From a virus (taxonomy: Duplodnaviria; Caudoviricetes), in the IMG/VR virus record IMGVR_UViG_3300025066_001702, positions 369-64,368 of that record: a stretch of DNA of 64,000 nt; one strand, written 5' to 3'. A program made the translations under genes and the position numbers. Numbering within the stretch: the stretch's first letter is position 1; each line of letters opens with the position of its first letter. Shown here in pieces: positions 1 through 10,364 of this stretch. The notes below the pieces were generated by a model that made no database searches, was not told the origin of the DNA, and saw only the letters and a program-made list of their open reading frames with translations.

Positions 1-1
1 T

Positions 2-3000
2 TCCAACTGGGATATTCTTATCAATAGTATCCGCGACTGGTGGGGATACGACGAAGTCAGTAACGCCATCTTGAGTAAGATTGGTTCCAACTGGAATGTC
101 TCTATCAACTGTGACGGATACTGGTGATCCGAAAATGACTTCTTCGTCTACTTTTGCCAATTCGACAAGTGAAAAGAAGTCATATGGCCAGTTATATGAT
201 ACTGACAATTCCTCATCCTTTGAAATAGTTCCCTTAGCGGAGCCGCCTGCCAGGAAGTCAGATGCGCTGCTCTTATTAAGAGTGTTCGCCAAGCCGCCTT
301 GGCTGCTTAGCTCTGTCGGGATTGATGTATTTATATTATTTAAGACAGTTTTTCTCCAATAATTTCTTTCAGCTTTCTGCTTAACCTTGAAAACCATCCA
401 CTGGAGTTTTGAATCAATGTCTGATAGCAACTGTTCATCATTCAGTCTATGTGTTATTTCCTTAGTTTGCATAATTTCGCTTGTAGATAATTTAGCATCC
501 TTGTCGAATGCTCTTCCAATTCGGGGAGGCAAGTTTTGCCAGATATCAACCAAATCTTGTTGATTTAGCTTGTGTTCGAATTCAAACACATACATTGAAA
601 ATGGATCAACATTGTCGCGATATGTGATGAAATCCATACTTGGTGGGAAAACATATCGCTGCATTGAGTCAACCATCTGTCTTATGGAGTCTCCGGCGAG
701 AATTGGGGCTTCGGATAAGTTAGCAGATGGTCCAGATTCAAATCCATTAATAGCTGTGTCGATCTTTCTCTTATCTATCGAGAAGAACACTCTCTGTCCG
801 TCGCGCTCCACGAAAGGAACAACAACGACGGCTTCTCTAATTGTCTTGGATGGGGCAACGTTACCCAATTTTTGAGAAGTCTTGTTAAATCCTACGATAT
901 CCGCTATTGAGCCATCTGAACCACCGTAATCAGTAGCGACAATAGATGGGATATCGTCTATCTCCAAATAAATGCCCTCATTGACTGTCGGAAGGCGTCC
1001 GTATTGATGCCACATTCCGTATGGGCGAGTCTCTGCGCCGCCGGAACAGAAACCAGAATCAACAATCGGTGTTGCGCTGGAAGATGCGTCAATGAAGTTC
1101 AATATTGGGGTTTCGAATTTAGTCTGAATTACCCATTGATCTCTATCTGTTAGTTCAACATTCTGAAACTGGAATAAATCTTTCGATGATACTTTTCCAA
1201 ACAAGTTGACAGACGCTGAAATCTGAGTAGAATTGGTTTCCGGGCGAATGTGTCCGTTGCTGCCCATAGGACCTGAGCCGGAAGTCATAATGTTCCAGCC
1301 GAAGAATCTCCTGTAAGATGAAGTGATTTGTGACTGAATTTCTTGTAGAGTATATCTCTTGCTTTCAGTTGGATTGAATTCGAATATGACTTCTCCGGAT
1401 CCGTTGTAATATGGAGGAGTGAATGGTCCATTGTTTCCAAGATTACTTCCTCCAAAATAAGATCCTGATACTAAATCAAATATCGGAACGCCTGTTATCG
1501 CGCCAAGGACGGGTGGTCCAAAGGCAGAAGGTCTGCTATACATGCAAATTGTCTCAGAACCCGACGTGATTTGAGGGAAAGCTTGTCGCTGGATAGTCGA
1601 TATGCCTTCCGCATGGAAAGATTTTCTCACCCTTACTCTCATATGATATTTCTTTCCTGCCTCTACTTCCTTAAACTTATCCTCGGGGGATGATATGAAT
1701 GATGAAAATGATTGATTCTCCAAGAAGAATTCTGGGGTTTCCGCCAAGAAGTTGTGCATTGCAAGCCTATATCTCGAATCTCCGTCTCCGTTCCACGATG
1801 CAGTTGCATTTATAGAACACGATGGGTGGGGCTCCATATCAATAAGTGCGAGGTTTTTTAAGTAATTTTGAGGTTCTACCGTCGCTTCGAACGGAACGCG
1901 GTAATCAAAAATTTCGTTACTGATATAATAGTTTTGTGCGTCTGCCGAGGCAGAAATGAACAGTTTGTCAGTTAGCACGGGGAAATCCACAGCAATTCCA
2001 GACTTAATCGTATTAAATACAATTCCTGGCGCGAACAATGGGGTTAAAAATGGACGGAAAGCTCCTGCTGGATTACTTGCACCTGCTACATAATCTACAT
2101 TGCTTCCATACGATTGAGAGAATAAAGATGCCATTTGCAGAGTTCTGCTTGCCGGGTAGAATCCATCATATGGCAACAGTTTCAAAAGAGCTTTGCAGCG
2201 GATAGTCAATTCAGTTGGATTTCCAGATAGACTTGAAGACACTGTTACATCATTCTTAATCACATTGAAGTATTTCATAAAGTCAGAATGACTATAAACC
2301 TTATAGAAGCTATCTTGATTGCTTGACGTTGTATTCGCAAGGGCACCAGTTAAGCAGAACATGGAAATATCATCAAAGATATCTCCGCCTTCTTTTACGA
2401 CATAGTCGATTCTGTCACTCATACGATACTCAGGCAATATGGAATAATCCTTTCCGATTGTCCTCATCTCGCTGACATAATCATTATAGGAATCATAGAA
2501 CGGATACTTGCCAGACTGCTCTCCTGCGTCCCACGGAGCATCTCCAGAGAACGGAACAAGATCACTATTCAGAAATTCAAATGCAGTTGAAGTTGCCCTT
2601 GCACTCGAACCTGTAACAAGAGTGTGTCTCCTGGCATATATGGCAGATGCCGTAATGTTTGCGATTGATCCCCCTGGAACAAACGGTCCAAGTGCTGGGC
2701 CGCAGCCCGGATAATAGCTATGAACAGTGGTGTACGGATTTTGAAGAGTTCCCTCGAATCCAACATCATCTTGAACGCCAACGGTAATTCCAGGAGAAGC
2801 ACTGCTTGTGAATCCAGTTCTGGCATCAAGGGGCCACATGCTTCGTCTTGGAATAACAATACCCATGCCGCCTGTGACATTTACCTGATTTCTGTCCCCT
2901 CTATCATCTCGCCAAAATGAGGAGACGTAAGAGGTTCTTTGTCGGATGTATGGACGATAGACGTTTACATCGCTTGGGTAGACACTTTCAGAATACTTGA

Positions 3001-6000
3001 TATTGACGAGGCGATTCTCTTCATCTCGAAAGCCATCGATCATAGAGTCTGCTGATGTTTTTTGATTCTCGTTTATGTTTAGCTTCTCATTCAACTTAGA
3101 GTTGACAAAGTATGTCTTTTGATTTCCATAAGTTGCTTTAACTTCTACTGGAAGTCCAGACGCCTTTCCATTCAACTCCATTGCCTTATATTTCTGTTGT
3201 ACAACTGGTTCGTGATATTGAAGAACAGTTCTGTCTTGCCCTTTCTTACTGTCTTTTCCTCCGAAGATATCGTTGAGAGTTTTTGGAGATGGACCCCAAG
3301 TATATCCTTGATAACCCGTTCTTGTTTCGGAATCGGGATCAATAATTGAGATCGTGTTATTCTCGCGCATCTGACGGACAAGAGAGTGATATTGATTTCT
3401 AACCTGTCTCCAAGAAGAGTATCCATAAGGTCCATTTCGATGAAGCATTAAGGCGTTGAAAGTCGTTAAGAAATCACCACCTCTAAATGTTCCACCAGGG
3501 GACAAATCCAACTTGGGATTTCTATAAGACGCAAGTGTAGAAGATGACAGGACATTGAAGGCAGAGCCAGTCTGATCGTATATAGAGGAGTTCAATCCAA
3601 CAAAGTCGATGGGAGAGCCCGGACGGCGTGGAGAAAGTCCGACTGATGCGGTGTAATCGGGCAAGGAAGATGACAGGAAAATTATCGCTGCGGAGAAGCC
3701 ATTTGAGCCAGATGTCTGTCCTGATGGAGGCATGTGTCCAAGAGGAGTGCTTCCTGATAGGAACGAACCGTTGATCCAGGAGTATTGAGAATCATTCTGA
3801 GGGATTGGATGCTGAATATGCCAGTTGTCGTAAACGGACGCTGTTGAATAAGAACCCTCTGTGCCCTCGATCCTAAACCTTACGTTGCGATTGATCTTGT
3901 AGAATGAAGGAGATGTGACGTAACTGTCTGCAGTAATGGAGCCGTATGTAGCGTCAGAGCCGAATTGTCCGGCGTGGAGTGAGGCAAGAGTTCTTAATCC
4001 TCGGCGCTTTCCAAGATGATCGGAGACTTTGATTGTGCCTCCTGCTGTTGGAAAGATAATTTCCTCTCCAGAACCAGATCCTCTTACGGAAAGGTTTCTC
4101 CAAGGGAGGGCATTATATGCCGACTTTTCTGCCGCCATGATATCTAAGAAGCCAAGGGAGTTGATTTCAGGACCACCGGGTGCAGAGAATCTCTCGACAA
4201 TAACAACATCTTGGACGGTTCTCTCTGGAAGTGGGAAGACTGTTCTTTTGGTTTCATTAGCAGCCGATGCCTTATATGGAAAAAATCTATTTCCAACTCT
4301 GCGAAGTGCTGCTGCATTCTCGGTGCCGCCAACATTCGTTCCCGGCAAGAAGGTGTTTCCTCGTCGTCGGGCGGGTAATTGTGTATATGGCCTAACTCCA
4401 ACCAATGTATGGACGTTTGTTGTCTGCGGTAGGGTACTTGTATATCTCTCAGGAAGTGTAACTCCGTTGTCATTGAACCAGAAGTTGTTTGTGCTTCGTC
4501 CAGATGTCTGAACCACTTGATAAGTCTTCTCGTAGTTTCCGATTGAAGAGGTTGTCTGTTGGATATTTCGAATGTTGATGGGGCGTTTGGCAGTCTCTTC
4601 TCGGAAGAACCATGCTCTCTCGCGAGTTGGATCAGGATATGGACCGCCGTAATCTGGACCAGTCAAACCAATGGAGCCAGAACCTCCCGGTCCTCCACCA
4701 AGGAGCAGTCTCCAACTCTCGGGGCGATTGTATTGGTTGTCTGAACCTTTGTTCAACTTAACGTGTCTGGACTGAATTCCACCAACGAACTTCTCGGTGA
4801 ATGGTCCTTGCATTGGGATTTCGTTTCGGAGTCCGTATCCGTCATTGTGCAAGTTAACCAACTGAGAGGAGGAAAGGAAATTGTCTTGAATTGCTGTGTT
4901 GTAGCCGCCGATGCCCTGAGATGCGCTGAGAATGTTAAAGGGCATTGCTATCTCGCCCTTAATGCCGTCGAAAGAGCCGGAGTTGTATGCCCTGCCGTTT
5001 CGGGTTCCAAATGAGTACTTTCTCTTTTGGTTTGGAGCGAGAGTATCGTCGCAGTCTTTCAGCGGTTGAACATCGACGTTGTTCGCTTGAAGGACATTTA
5101 AGGGAAGTCCGATGCTGCTCATCGGACCGTGGGGGAAGTTTACGCCTCGATAGAAGTCGCCTTTCTTGCTCTCGGAATAGTTTACCCCTCCGTGAATCTC
5201 AGGATTCTTCTCAACGGCGTAGCGATAAGGAGTGGTGTGACTTCTATTTAGAACCTGCAGCGATGCTGTGAGTATCAGGTTCCTGTCGGAATCAACTCCT
5301 GCGTCTCCGCTGCTGATTGGAGAATCGTTTCTTTCGGCTCGCTGCTTCCAGTATTCGCAGTTGTCGCTTTGTAGTCCTGAAATTGGGCGATGGGCAAATC
5401 TCCAAGATGGAAGATTGCCGACGTTTTCTATTCCGCCTTCGGGGTTCGAGACGTGAAACTCAAGCGTTGGGAACTTGCTCTGATATTTATTGCGCTCAAG
5501 GATATGACTCTCGACGACATTATCGATACCGTCGCTTGTTTGAGCGGAGGCTGGAACAAGCTGCATGAGCATTGCTTCAAGAGTTGCATCGATCCACTTG
5601 TAGTAGTCAACGAACTTGTCCAAGTCTGGAGTGTTTCCAACTCTCTCGAAAAAGAACTGTCGCAAGTATTTGATATCTTTGTATTCTTGGCGATATCTGT
5701 TCTTTGGCTCTCCGATTAAGTTATTGAAGTCAACGATTGATCCGAAGTAATTGATTATCTCATCGGAGATGACTTGGTACATGCTCTTCTCGAAAGCATA
5801 GTAAGTCTTCGTGGGACGAGTCTCTCTTGTGAACACCTCTGTCTCTTCTTGAGAGAGGACGCGAATGTTGTCGTCTCCGAATACCATCTCGGGAAGCCGC
5901 TGGGTTGCTGCGTAGAGATATTGATTCTCGACAGAACCTGTTGCGTTGGCGGGGAAAGAGTCTCCTCGTCCAGTGTGTTGATATTTAAGGACTTTTCCAA

Positions 6001-8881
6001 GCCAGCCGTATCGTGAAGTCTCTGCGATTGAGCCAGAGGTTATATCTTGGACATCGAATCTGCCAGATGCGTCTGAAGTCGTGACTGTATCGAAGTCCCA
6101 GGCAAGAGCGAGAGATTCAAGTTCAGGAACTTCGACGTTCTCCAAGTCTGTTTCGAGAAGGAATGCGCTGCGGTTTGGACGGGGGTGTCCGAAGTTTCCA
6201 GGATCGATTGCGTGGTTCTGAATTGCCTCGTTGTCGAGATAGTCCATCCAGAATCTTGCAGAGGTTGCTTTGACATCTGTTTGGTGTATCACAGAGCCCG
6301 TGAAGTTGGTGTAGTGGGCTCCCACATAAATGCGCTTGGGTGCGATAAGGAAGTTTTCTGCATCCTGCTTAGGGACGCTGCCAGTGAGGCTAAATTCGTT
6401 TATTTTGCGGTCAGCGATATAATTAACGCCATAGAACTCAACCACATAGTTGTTGTCGAGGGCTCCGCTTGCGAAGGAGTGTGGATATCCATGTGGCTTG
6501 AGTCTGACAGCGAAGTTCCACTTTGAACTCTCGTAAGTGTTCATGAAGTAGCCTGATGTTATCTCTGGGATGGGGAAGGGTGCAGAAGATGAAAGCATGA
6601 ACTTGACATCTTTTGAATAAATCTTGTCCCTTATTGCGAAGACTTGGAAGTTGGCAGGATCCGTTGCTGCCCAAGTCATATCTGTTTCAGTTGGACTTGT
6701 CGCTTGTGCTGTGTGGATTCCAAACAGAGAGGCTGTTAGAAATGGAAACTCTTGTGATGCGGCGTTTTCTTCTCGCTTGTCAATTTTCTCTGGGAAGACA
6801 AATTCTGCTTCCATTGTGATGGGAAAGCTGTCCTCCAGAGTCAATCCGGCAGTGGATGAACCTGAGATGAAGGAGACGCTGTTTAAATTAGAGGCGTCAG
6901 CATATTGATAGACGGTTCCGGCGAACCTGTCCGTGTGATTAAAGTTGACGGCTTTTGTCTTATGGGAGCCTGCTCGTCTTTTTGTGTCGAACCTGTAAGT
7001 GCTATTGTCGGCATAAGCGTTGATTCGAATGAGATCGTCGCCGACTCCGAAGCAACGGATTAGATTTCTAAACGCCTTCTCAGTTCCCTTAGCCTTGTAG
7101 ATATCGGCTAAGTTATTGTAAATATTGGAGTAAATCAGATTCTTGACATCGTGGACATCTTGCTCGAATTCCTGTGTCTCGTTGCGATTGGCATAGTATT
7201 CAAGAATGTCAATGTTGGAGAATAATTCTGGGGCGTCCATACCATGTGAGCGGAGAGCAGTCTGGGCATATGGGTATGGCTTGAAGAGCGTTCCCTGTGC
7301 GCTGCTGCTGACATATGATGCTACATTGAATTTTGACAACTCTCCAATTAATAAATCGAGGTTGTCGAAGTAGCTGCCCATAACCTGAGTGAGCTTCTTT
7401 AAGTCTCCGTTGTCTCCATTTCCTTCGTCCTCGTCGATAATCCAAGATGGCATCGTGTAGAAGAGGGAAGAGTTGTTCTCGTAGTCCCATACGGAACCAG
7501 AAAGAGTCAACTCAGTGTTTAGAGTTCCAATATCGGGATGGTTGGAGTGAATGATTGGATCGAGATCTTCCGTTCCTGCAGATGCCGAGTTGATCGCAGA
7601 TCCTGTGTTTCGAGCAGATGAGCCGGGGTAGCCTGTCCAAGTTCCGTTTGTGATCCGTCCAGAGTAATCAAGGACTGAACTGTCTGTTGAATCAACTCCG
7701 GTGATGCCTTCGTTAAACTTATAGTAGACGCCCAAGTCGAGATTTGCAAAGTCAGTATTTGTTCCTCCGCCGAGATTCGATGTGAACCAATATCTTCCGA
7801 CTTCCTTTGAGGATCGTTTTGTTTTCCAAAATCTGAACTCATCGATGGAGCCGGAAAGCTTACCCCAACCTTCTTCGATTGAAGCGCCGGTATAGACATT
7901 ACCTGATGGGGCGGAAGTAAGTGCGCCGATATTCGCTTCGATTGGATTTCGGATTTCTCCGATATCTGTTCCCGTCGTCATGGTGTCGTTTAAAACACCG
8001 TCCTGGTAAAGCTTCGTAACGATTGTGCTTCCGCTATTGGCAAAGCTGAATGCACAGTGCTTCCAGCTTGAGAGCGTGCTGTGATCAAGTCCTGAACCGA
8101 TTGACTGCTGAGAGTATCCGTCCGTTCCTGACATTACAGTAACGAGGAAAGGGGAACCAGCGGTTGAACCGGTTAGCTCAATTGTGAGGCGTCCATATTC
8201 GGCGCTTGAGGAAAGCTGTCCATTCCAGAGATCGAAGACAACCTGCTTCTCAGTGAGTGCTGCGGAAAGAGAGCCGGTTTGAAGCCAGAACTCAACAGTT
8301 ACACCTTGCGCAAGATTGGTTTGAAGATTAGACTCTCTCGTTGCGGTGACTGCGCCTTCTGAGCCTGTAACTGAGTCGTCCCAAGTATTTGATTTTGAAT
8401 CGAAGACATTCTTGAGGGATGCATTTGCGATTGAAGAGCCGTAGAAAGAGTTTGGACCGCCCTTGAGATTGATATATTCATAATCTGCAGAAGCGGGGGC
8501 TCCGTAGCCGCCTTCCTGTGCGCTGGAGAGCGTTCCCCAGTTGTCGCTGGAGATGATTCCGTATCCTGTTGATTTCGGATATCGATTGTCATAGATGTAA
8601 GTATCTAAAAGTGTTGACTTATTTCTCCACTCAAGTTGTTCCTTGAGAGAGCCATCGTAGGGATACTCATTGTATATCCACTTGAGAGATTGATTGTAGT
8701 ATTCCTGAGCAGAGCCATACTTGGCAAAGTTCTCCGGCTTGCCAAAATCGACATGTGGCTCAATTCGATTCTGATCCTTGATATACTCTGAGATATATCC
8801 TGCGGACTCAACATCTAAATCAGAAAGGCTGGACGATGCAATTATTTGATGACTTCTTTCGAAGAGATCTTTCGTGGACAT
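2..8881 (-). CDS. Giant baseplate wedge/tail-associated structural protein (>=2960 aa, 3'-truncated) with N-terminal LamG domain
   Basis: ATG at 8881 (MSTKDLFERSHQ). The frame was open at every spot checked down to base 2, and the ORF track reports no minus ORF in this frame. LamG-like motifs TVEFW, WKHCAFS, GSIDEFRFW; P2 gpI-like motif IYKAKGTEKAFRNLIRCFG near 7050-7110. Confidence 0.85.
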   Translation of the reverse strand, partial: MSTKDLFERSHQIIASSSLSDLDVESAGYISEYIKDQNRIEPHVDFGKPENFAKYGSAQEYYNQSLKWIYNEYPYDGSLKEQLEWRNKSTLLDTYIYDNRYPKSTGYGIISSDNWGTLSSAQEGGYGAPASADYEYINLKGGPNSFYGSSIANASLKNVFDSKSNTWDDSVTGSEGAVTATRESNLQTNLAQGVTVEFWLQTGSLSAALTEKQVVFDLWNGQLSSSAEYGRLTIELTGSTAGSPFLVTVMSGTDGYSQQSIGSGLDHSTLSSWKHCAFSFANSGSTIVTKLYQDGVLNDTMTTGTDIGEIRNPIEANIGALTSAPSGNVYTGASIEEGWGKLSGSIDEFRFWKTKRSSKEVGRYWFTSNLGGGTNTDFANLDLGVYYKFNEGITGVDSTDSSVLDYSGRITNGTWTGYPGSSARNTGSAINSASAGTEDLDPIIHSNHPDIGTLNTELTLSGSVWDYENNSSLFYTMPSWIIDEDEGNGDNGDLKKLTQVMGSYFDNLDLLIGELSKFNVASYVSSSAQGTLFKPYPYAQTALRSHGMDAPELFSNIDILEYYANRNETQEFEQDVHDVKNLIYSNIYNNLADIYKAKGTEKAFRNLIRCFGVGDDLIRINAYADNSTYRFDTKRRAGSHKTKAVNFNHTDRFAGTVYQYADASNLNSVSFISGSSTAGLTLEDSFPITMEAEFVFPEKIDKREENAASQEFPFLTASLFGIHTAQATSPTETDMTWAATDPANFQVFAIRDKIYSKDVKFMLSSSAPFPIPEITSGYFMNTYESSKWNFAVRLKPHGYPHSFASGALDNNYVVEFYGVNYIADRKINEFSLTGSVPKQDAENFLIAPKRIYVGAHYTNFTGSVIHQTDVKATSARFWMDYLDNEAIQNHAIDPGNFGHPRPNRSAFLLETDLENVEVPELESLALAWDFDTVTTSDASGRFDVQDITSGSIAETSRYGWLGKVLKYQHTGRGDSFPANATGSVENQYLYAATQRLPEMVFGDDNIRVLSQEETEVFTRETRPTKTYYAFEKSMYQVISDEIINYFGSIVDFNNLIGEPKNRYRQEYKDIKYLRQFFFERVGNTPDLDKFVDYYKWIDATLEAMLMQLVPASAQTSDGIDNVVESHILERNKYQSKFPTLEFHVSNPEGGIENVGNLPSWRFAHRPISGLQSDNCEYWKQRAERNDSPISSGDAGVDSDRNLILTASLQVLNRSHTTPYRYAVEKNPEIHGGVNYSESKKGDFYRGVNFPHGPMSSIGLPLNVLQANNVDVQPLKDCDDTLAPNQKRKYSFGTRNGRAYNSGSFDGIKGEIAMPFNILSASQGIGGYNTAIQDNFLSSSQLVNLHNDGYGLRNEIPMQGPFTEKFVGGIQSRHVKLNKGSDNQYNRPESWRLLLGGGPGGSGSIGLTGPDYGGPYPDPTRERAWFFREETAKRPINIRNIQQTTSSIGNYEKTYQVVQTSGRSTNNFWFNDNGVTLPERYTSTLPQTTNVHTLVGVRPYTQLPARRRGNTFLPGTNVGGTENAAALRRVGNRFFPYKASAANETKRTVFPLPERTVQDVVIVERFSAPGGPEINSLGFLDIMAAEKSAYNALPWRNLSVRGSGSGEEIIFPTAGGTIKVSDHLGKRRGLRTLASLHAGQFGSDATYGSITADSYVTSPSFYKINRNVRFRIEGTEGSYSTASVYDNWHIQHPIPQNDSQYSWINGSFLSGSTPLGHMPPSGQTSGSNGFSAAIIFLSSSLPDYTASVGLSPRRPGSPIDFVGLNSSIYDQTGSAFNVLSSSTLASYRNPKLDLSPGGTFRGGDFLTTFNALMLHRNGPYGYSSWRQVRNQYHSLVRQMRENNTISIIDPDSETRTGYQGYTWGPSPKTLNDIFGGKDSKKGQDRTVLQYHEPVVQQKYKAMELNGKASGLPVEVKATYGNQKTYFVNSKLNEKLNINENQKTSADSMIDGFRDEENRLVNIKYSESVYPSDVNVYRPYIRQRTSYVSSFWRDDRGDRNQVNVTGGMGIVIPRRSMWPLDARTGFTSSASPGITVGVQDDVGFEGTLQNPYTTVHSYYPGCGPALGPFVPGGSIANITASAIYARRHTLVTGSSARATSTAFEFLNSDLVPFSGDAPWDAGEQSGKYPFYDSYNDYVSEMRTIGKDYSILPEYRMSDRIDYVVKEGGDIFDDISMFCLTGALANTTSSNQDSFYKVYSHSDFMKYFNVIKNDVTVSSSLSGNPTELTIRCKALLKLLPYDGFYPASRTLQMASLFSQSYGSNVDYVAGASNPAGAFRPFLTPLFAPGIVFNTIKSGIAVDFPVLTDKLFISASADAQNYYISNEIFDYRVPFEATVEPQNYLKNLALIDMEPHPSCSINATASWNGDGDSRYRLAMHNFLAETPEFFLENQSFSSFISSPEDKFKEVEAGKKYHMRVRVRKSFHAEGISTIQRQAFPQITSGSETICMYSRPSAFGPPVLGAITGVPIFDLVSGSYFGGSNLGNNGPFTPPYYNGSGEVIFEFNPTESKRYTLQEIQSQITSSYRRFFGWNIMTSGSGPMGSNGHIRPETNSTQISASVNLFGKVSSKDLFQFQNVELTDRDQWVIQTKFETPILNFIDASSSATPIVDSGFCSGGAETRPYGMWHQYGRLPTVNEGIYLEIDDIPSIVATDYGGSDGSIADIVGFNKTSQKLGNVAPSKTIREAVVVVPFVERDGQRVFFSIDKRKIDTAINGFESGPSANLSEAPILAGDSIRQMVDSMQRYVFPPSMDFITYRDNVDPFSMYVFEFEHKLNQQDLVDIWQNLPPRIGRAFDKDAKLSTSEIMQTKEITHRLNDEQLLSDIDSKLQWMVFKVKQKAERNYWRKTVLNNINTSIPTELSSQGGLANTLNKSSASDFLAGGSAKGTISKDEELSVSYNWPYDFFSLVELAKVDEEVIFGSPVSVTVDRDIPVGTNLTQDGVTDFVVSPPVADTIDKNIPVG

Positions 8882-8882
8882 G

Positions 8883-10364
8883 TTATTCCTCTACTCTGAA
8901 CTTAAACAAGTCTGGATATTCATTCCAAGTTCCAACTACGGCGTCATAAAATGCGAACTTAATTCCATATGCGTATCCTGCTTGAAGCATTGAGATGTCC
9001 AGATCAAAGTAGCTGCCACTGGAGTCAAAGGATAGCTGGGTATGTAACTCGCTGCCTGTTCCAAACGGAATTGCGCTAAAGTTATCAGTGAGTCTAACTA
9101 TCTTAAAGGATCCGCTTTCAACAATTTGAACAGCAGGGGCAGCGACGGCTTTCGTGTAGATGGTTGGGTTCCAGTCTTTTTGTCGCGTGAAGAGTCGGAA
9201 CTGTGCGGTTTCATTGCGATAATAGACATCTCGGAGATTCGTGACGTTCATGACATGCTTCGAATATGGGTTGTGAGAGCCCGCTGAAAGTGTCTTGGGT
9301 TTAATCGCGGAGCCAGTGAAGTATTCGGTAGTAGCACCGTGCCATACATCAAACAAGTGAGACAGAGGAGTAGATGCGCCCGTGATTGCGAATGAGCAGG
9401 AGTAAATTCCGGTGGAGACATATCCGCCTGTGGCGTTAGTGTCCAAGTCGGCTACAACCCCTCCCCCTGCTGCGAGCAAGAGCTTGGAGCCAGAGGGTGC
9501 GGTGTTATTGGTTGAGCCACTGTAAACGGAGACGAGGATCTCGCCTGTTCCAATTGAAGGAATGTTTGTGAGTCTCCCTCGAACATGGTTGTAAAGGTAA
9601 AGTGTATTGAGGTTGTCTACTGCTGGAGCGAGAGAACTGCTGTAGTAGAAGTTGCCTCTGTCGTCCTTTGTTGCCGAGTTCCAGCGGGCTTCGAGAACTG
9701 GGCGCTTGAAGAAGTATTCGGAGTCTCGGGCAGAGAACATCTTAGTATATGAAGATGAGAAGGCTGATTCATTCTCCAATTTGATTCCGACGCCATAAGT
9801 ATCTTGTCCGCCTCCTGCGTCGCCTTTAATCCATTGCTCAACAAGTTCTGAAATGTCAAGCTCAATGTCTTCAGTTCCATTTACAAAGGGAGCGGTATAT
9901 GTGGGGGTGGCGTGATAATCACCGCCGGCTGCAGTCCAATTAGTAATTCCGCCGGATGAGCTTGCTGCAGAAGTCCAGTTGGCGTATCCTGTGTCGGTGT
10001 AGCCCTCCATGTCCAGTCCAGTTCCCTCGTCCCAAGAACGAGAGATTGCGGAGATAGTCATGTTATAATTGCGAGGGAGTGTGCCTGGATGGACGACGTT
10101 GAATACTCGGAGATACCAATTGACGGAACCGCTGGCTGGAATAAGCCCAGCAGAGCGATCAGAGGCGATGTCTGAAGAAATTGGGAAGTCGATAAGGACA
10201 CGAGAAAGCTCGCTGGAGGTTGCCGTCTCTTGTCCATAGATATGGAAGATTGCAAGGGAATCAGCTAAGCCCATGTTGGAGGAGGTGGCGCGAGTCGTTA
10301 AGTTTGTCTTGTATGCGTTAGTTATTGTTGTATCAGCGTTTGCTGTATATCTCTTGATTCCCAT
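8883..10364 (-). CDS. Virion structural protein (DNRLRE/CBM-like N-terminus, Ser/Thr/Gly-rich)
   Basis: 493 aa; ADTTI...SRVLIDF...SWDEGTG...AGGDY pattern; lies inside the baseplate operon. Confidence 0.6.
   Translation of the reverse strand: MGIKRYTANADTTITNAYKTNLTTRATSSNMGLADSLAIFHIYGQETATSSELSRVLIDFPISSDIASDRSAGLIPASGSVNWYLRVFNVVHPGTLPRNYNMTISAISRSWDEGTGLDMEGYTDTGYANWTSAASSSGGITNWTAAGGDYHATPTYTAPFVNGTEDIELDISELVEQWIKGDAGGGQDTYGVGIKLENESAFSSSYTKMFSARDSEYFFKRPVLEARWNSATKDDRGNFYYSSSLAPAVDNLNTLYLYNHVRGRLTNIPSIGTGEILVSVYSGSTNNTAPSGSKLLLAAGGGVVADLDTNATGGYVSTGIYSCSFAITGASTPLSHLFDVWHGATTEYFTGSAIKPKTLSAGSHNPYSKHVMNVTNLRDVYYRNETAQFRLFTRQKDWNPTIYTKAVAAPAVQIVESGSFKIVRLTDNFSAIPFGTGSELHTQLSFDSSGSYFDLDISMLQAGYAYGIKFAFYDAVVGTWNEYPDLFKFRVEE

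Noticed and set aside
81-8814. Many short plus- and minus-strand ORFs in the track
   Set aside because: They are shadows of the single giant minus-strand ORF and have no RBS or recognisable motifs.
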